From positions 28,768,001 through 28,832,000 of the forward strand of contig NC_087257.1 of assembly GCF_037042905.1 (NCBI RefSeq): a DNA stretch of 64,000 nucleotides, given 5' to 3'. Shown one piece after another: positions 63,349 through 64,000 of the stretch. The DNA comes from Lytechinus pictus. Taxonomy: Eukaryota. Numbering within the stretch: position 1 is the first letter of the stretch; every line of letters starts with the position of its first letter. The notes under the pieces are model-generated. The model saw only the letters and a program-made list of their open reading frames with translations. It searched no databases and was not told the origin of the DNA. Both the position numbers and the translations under genes were made by a program.

Positions 63349-64000
63349 CTGGTGTAATACAGTGTATTGAAAAGGAGACCTTTATTAAAAAAAACTGAGA
63401 GGAAAAAAATGAAATTAATGAAAATTTCATCATGATATATATTTATCAGATAAATTTATCAGCAAAAATAGTGTATAACATTGAGAAATGTTTATATAAT
63501 ATAGTGTACATAATCTTTTTGCATGTACATATACATGGAACCCTACAATATGCACCTGCACTTTATAATTTGTAGCTGAATTCCAGGGCTGCCACGCAGT
63601 TAAGTTTACACAGTGTGTTATAGAAAATATAACTTTATTCTTTGTTTTGACAGATATTTCATGTACTCTTGTATTTTATTTGTTATGGAAACGTTGCATA
63701 AATCATGAAATTAAATTTCATAGAAACAAAAGAATATTGTTGCCATTTCATGGCCTATAAAGGAAGTTTGTCTGAAGTAGAATGCACACCTTAAAAAACC
63801 TTTCATGGTTGCCCGGATCTGGCAACCAATACAATTTTCAGGTGGTTTGAAGCATGAACAAGTCGTTATAATTCACTTTTTATTTTGAATGGGTCAATAT
63901 GAAATTACCGAACAAGATCTTTTCATTGTGGGTCTTGTTTCTGGTTTTAAATACAAAAACTTTTTTCTTCCCAAGTCAGATGTGAATATTTGCAAGGATA

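Overview
AT-rich, intron-containing animal genomic DNA with four N-gaps. The repeat landscape suggests an invertebrate deuterostome, probably a sea urchin (inference). Almost all short ORFs in the ORF track are spurious. Manual splicing with GT-AG and phase checks gives five genes: (1) the last two coding exons of an unidentified single-pass membrane protein (+, 2163-3404); (2) a complete 3-exon C1GALT1/T-synthase-like GT31 gene (-, 9272-11167, 325 aa); (3) a complete 6-exon carbonyl reductase 1-like SDR (-, 14392-22314, 297 aa) with a diverged tandem copy of exon 4; (4) a complete 7-exon LRRC46 (+, 24203-36661, 299 aa), head-to-head with the CBR gene, with a 5'-truncated CR1-type LINE inserted 17 nt into intron 6 and in frame with exon 6; (5) the 3' end of a WIP/verprolin (WIPF) gene (-, 46947-56685), where an ATG-bearing exon would make a 68-84 aa protein that is essentially only the WASP-binding domain. 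The rest is introns, long 3' UTRs, tRNA-derived SINEs, many MITEs (several with TSDs), a HINE-type element, a Penelope-like inverted repeat with a minimal hammerhead motif, and microsatellites.
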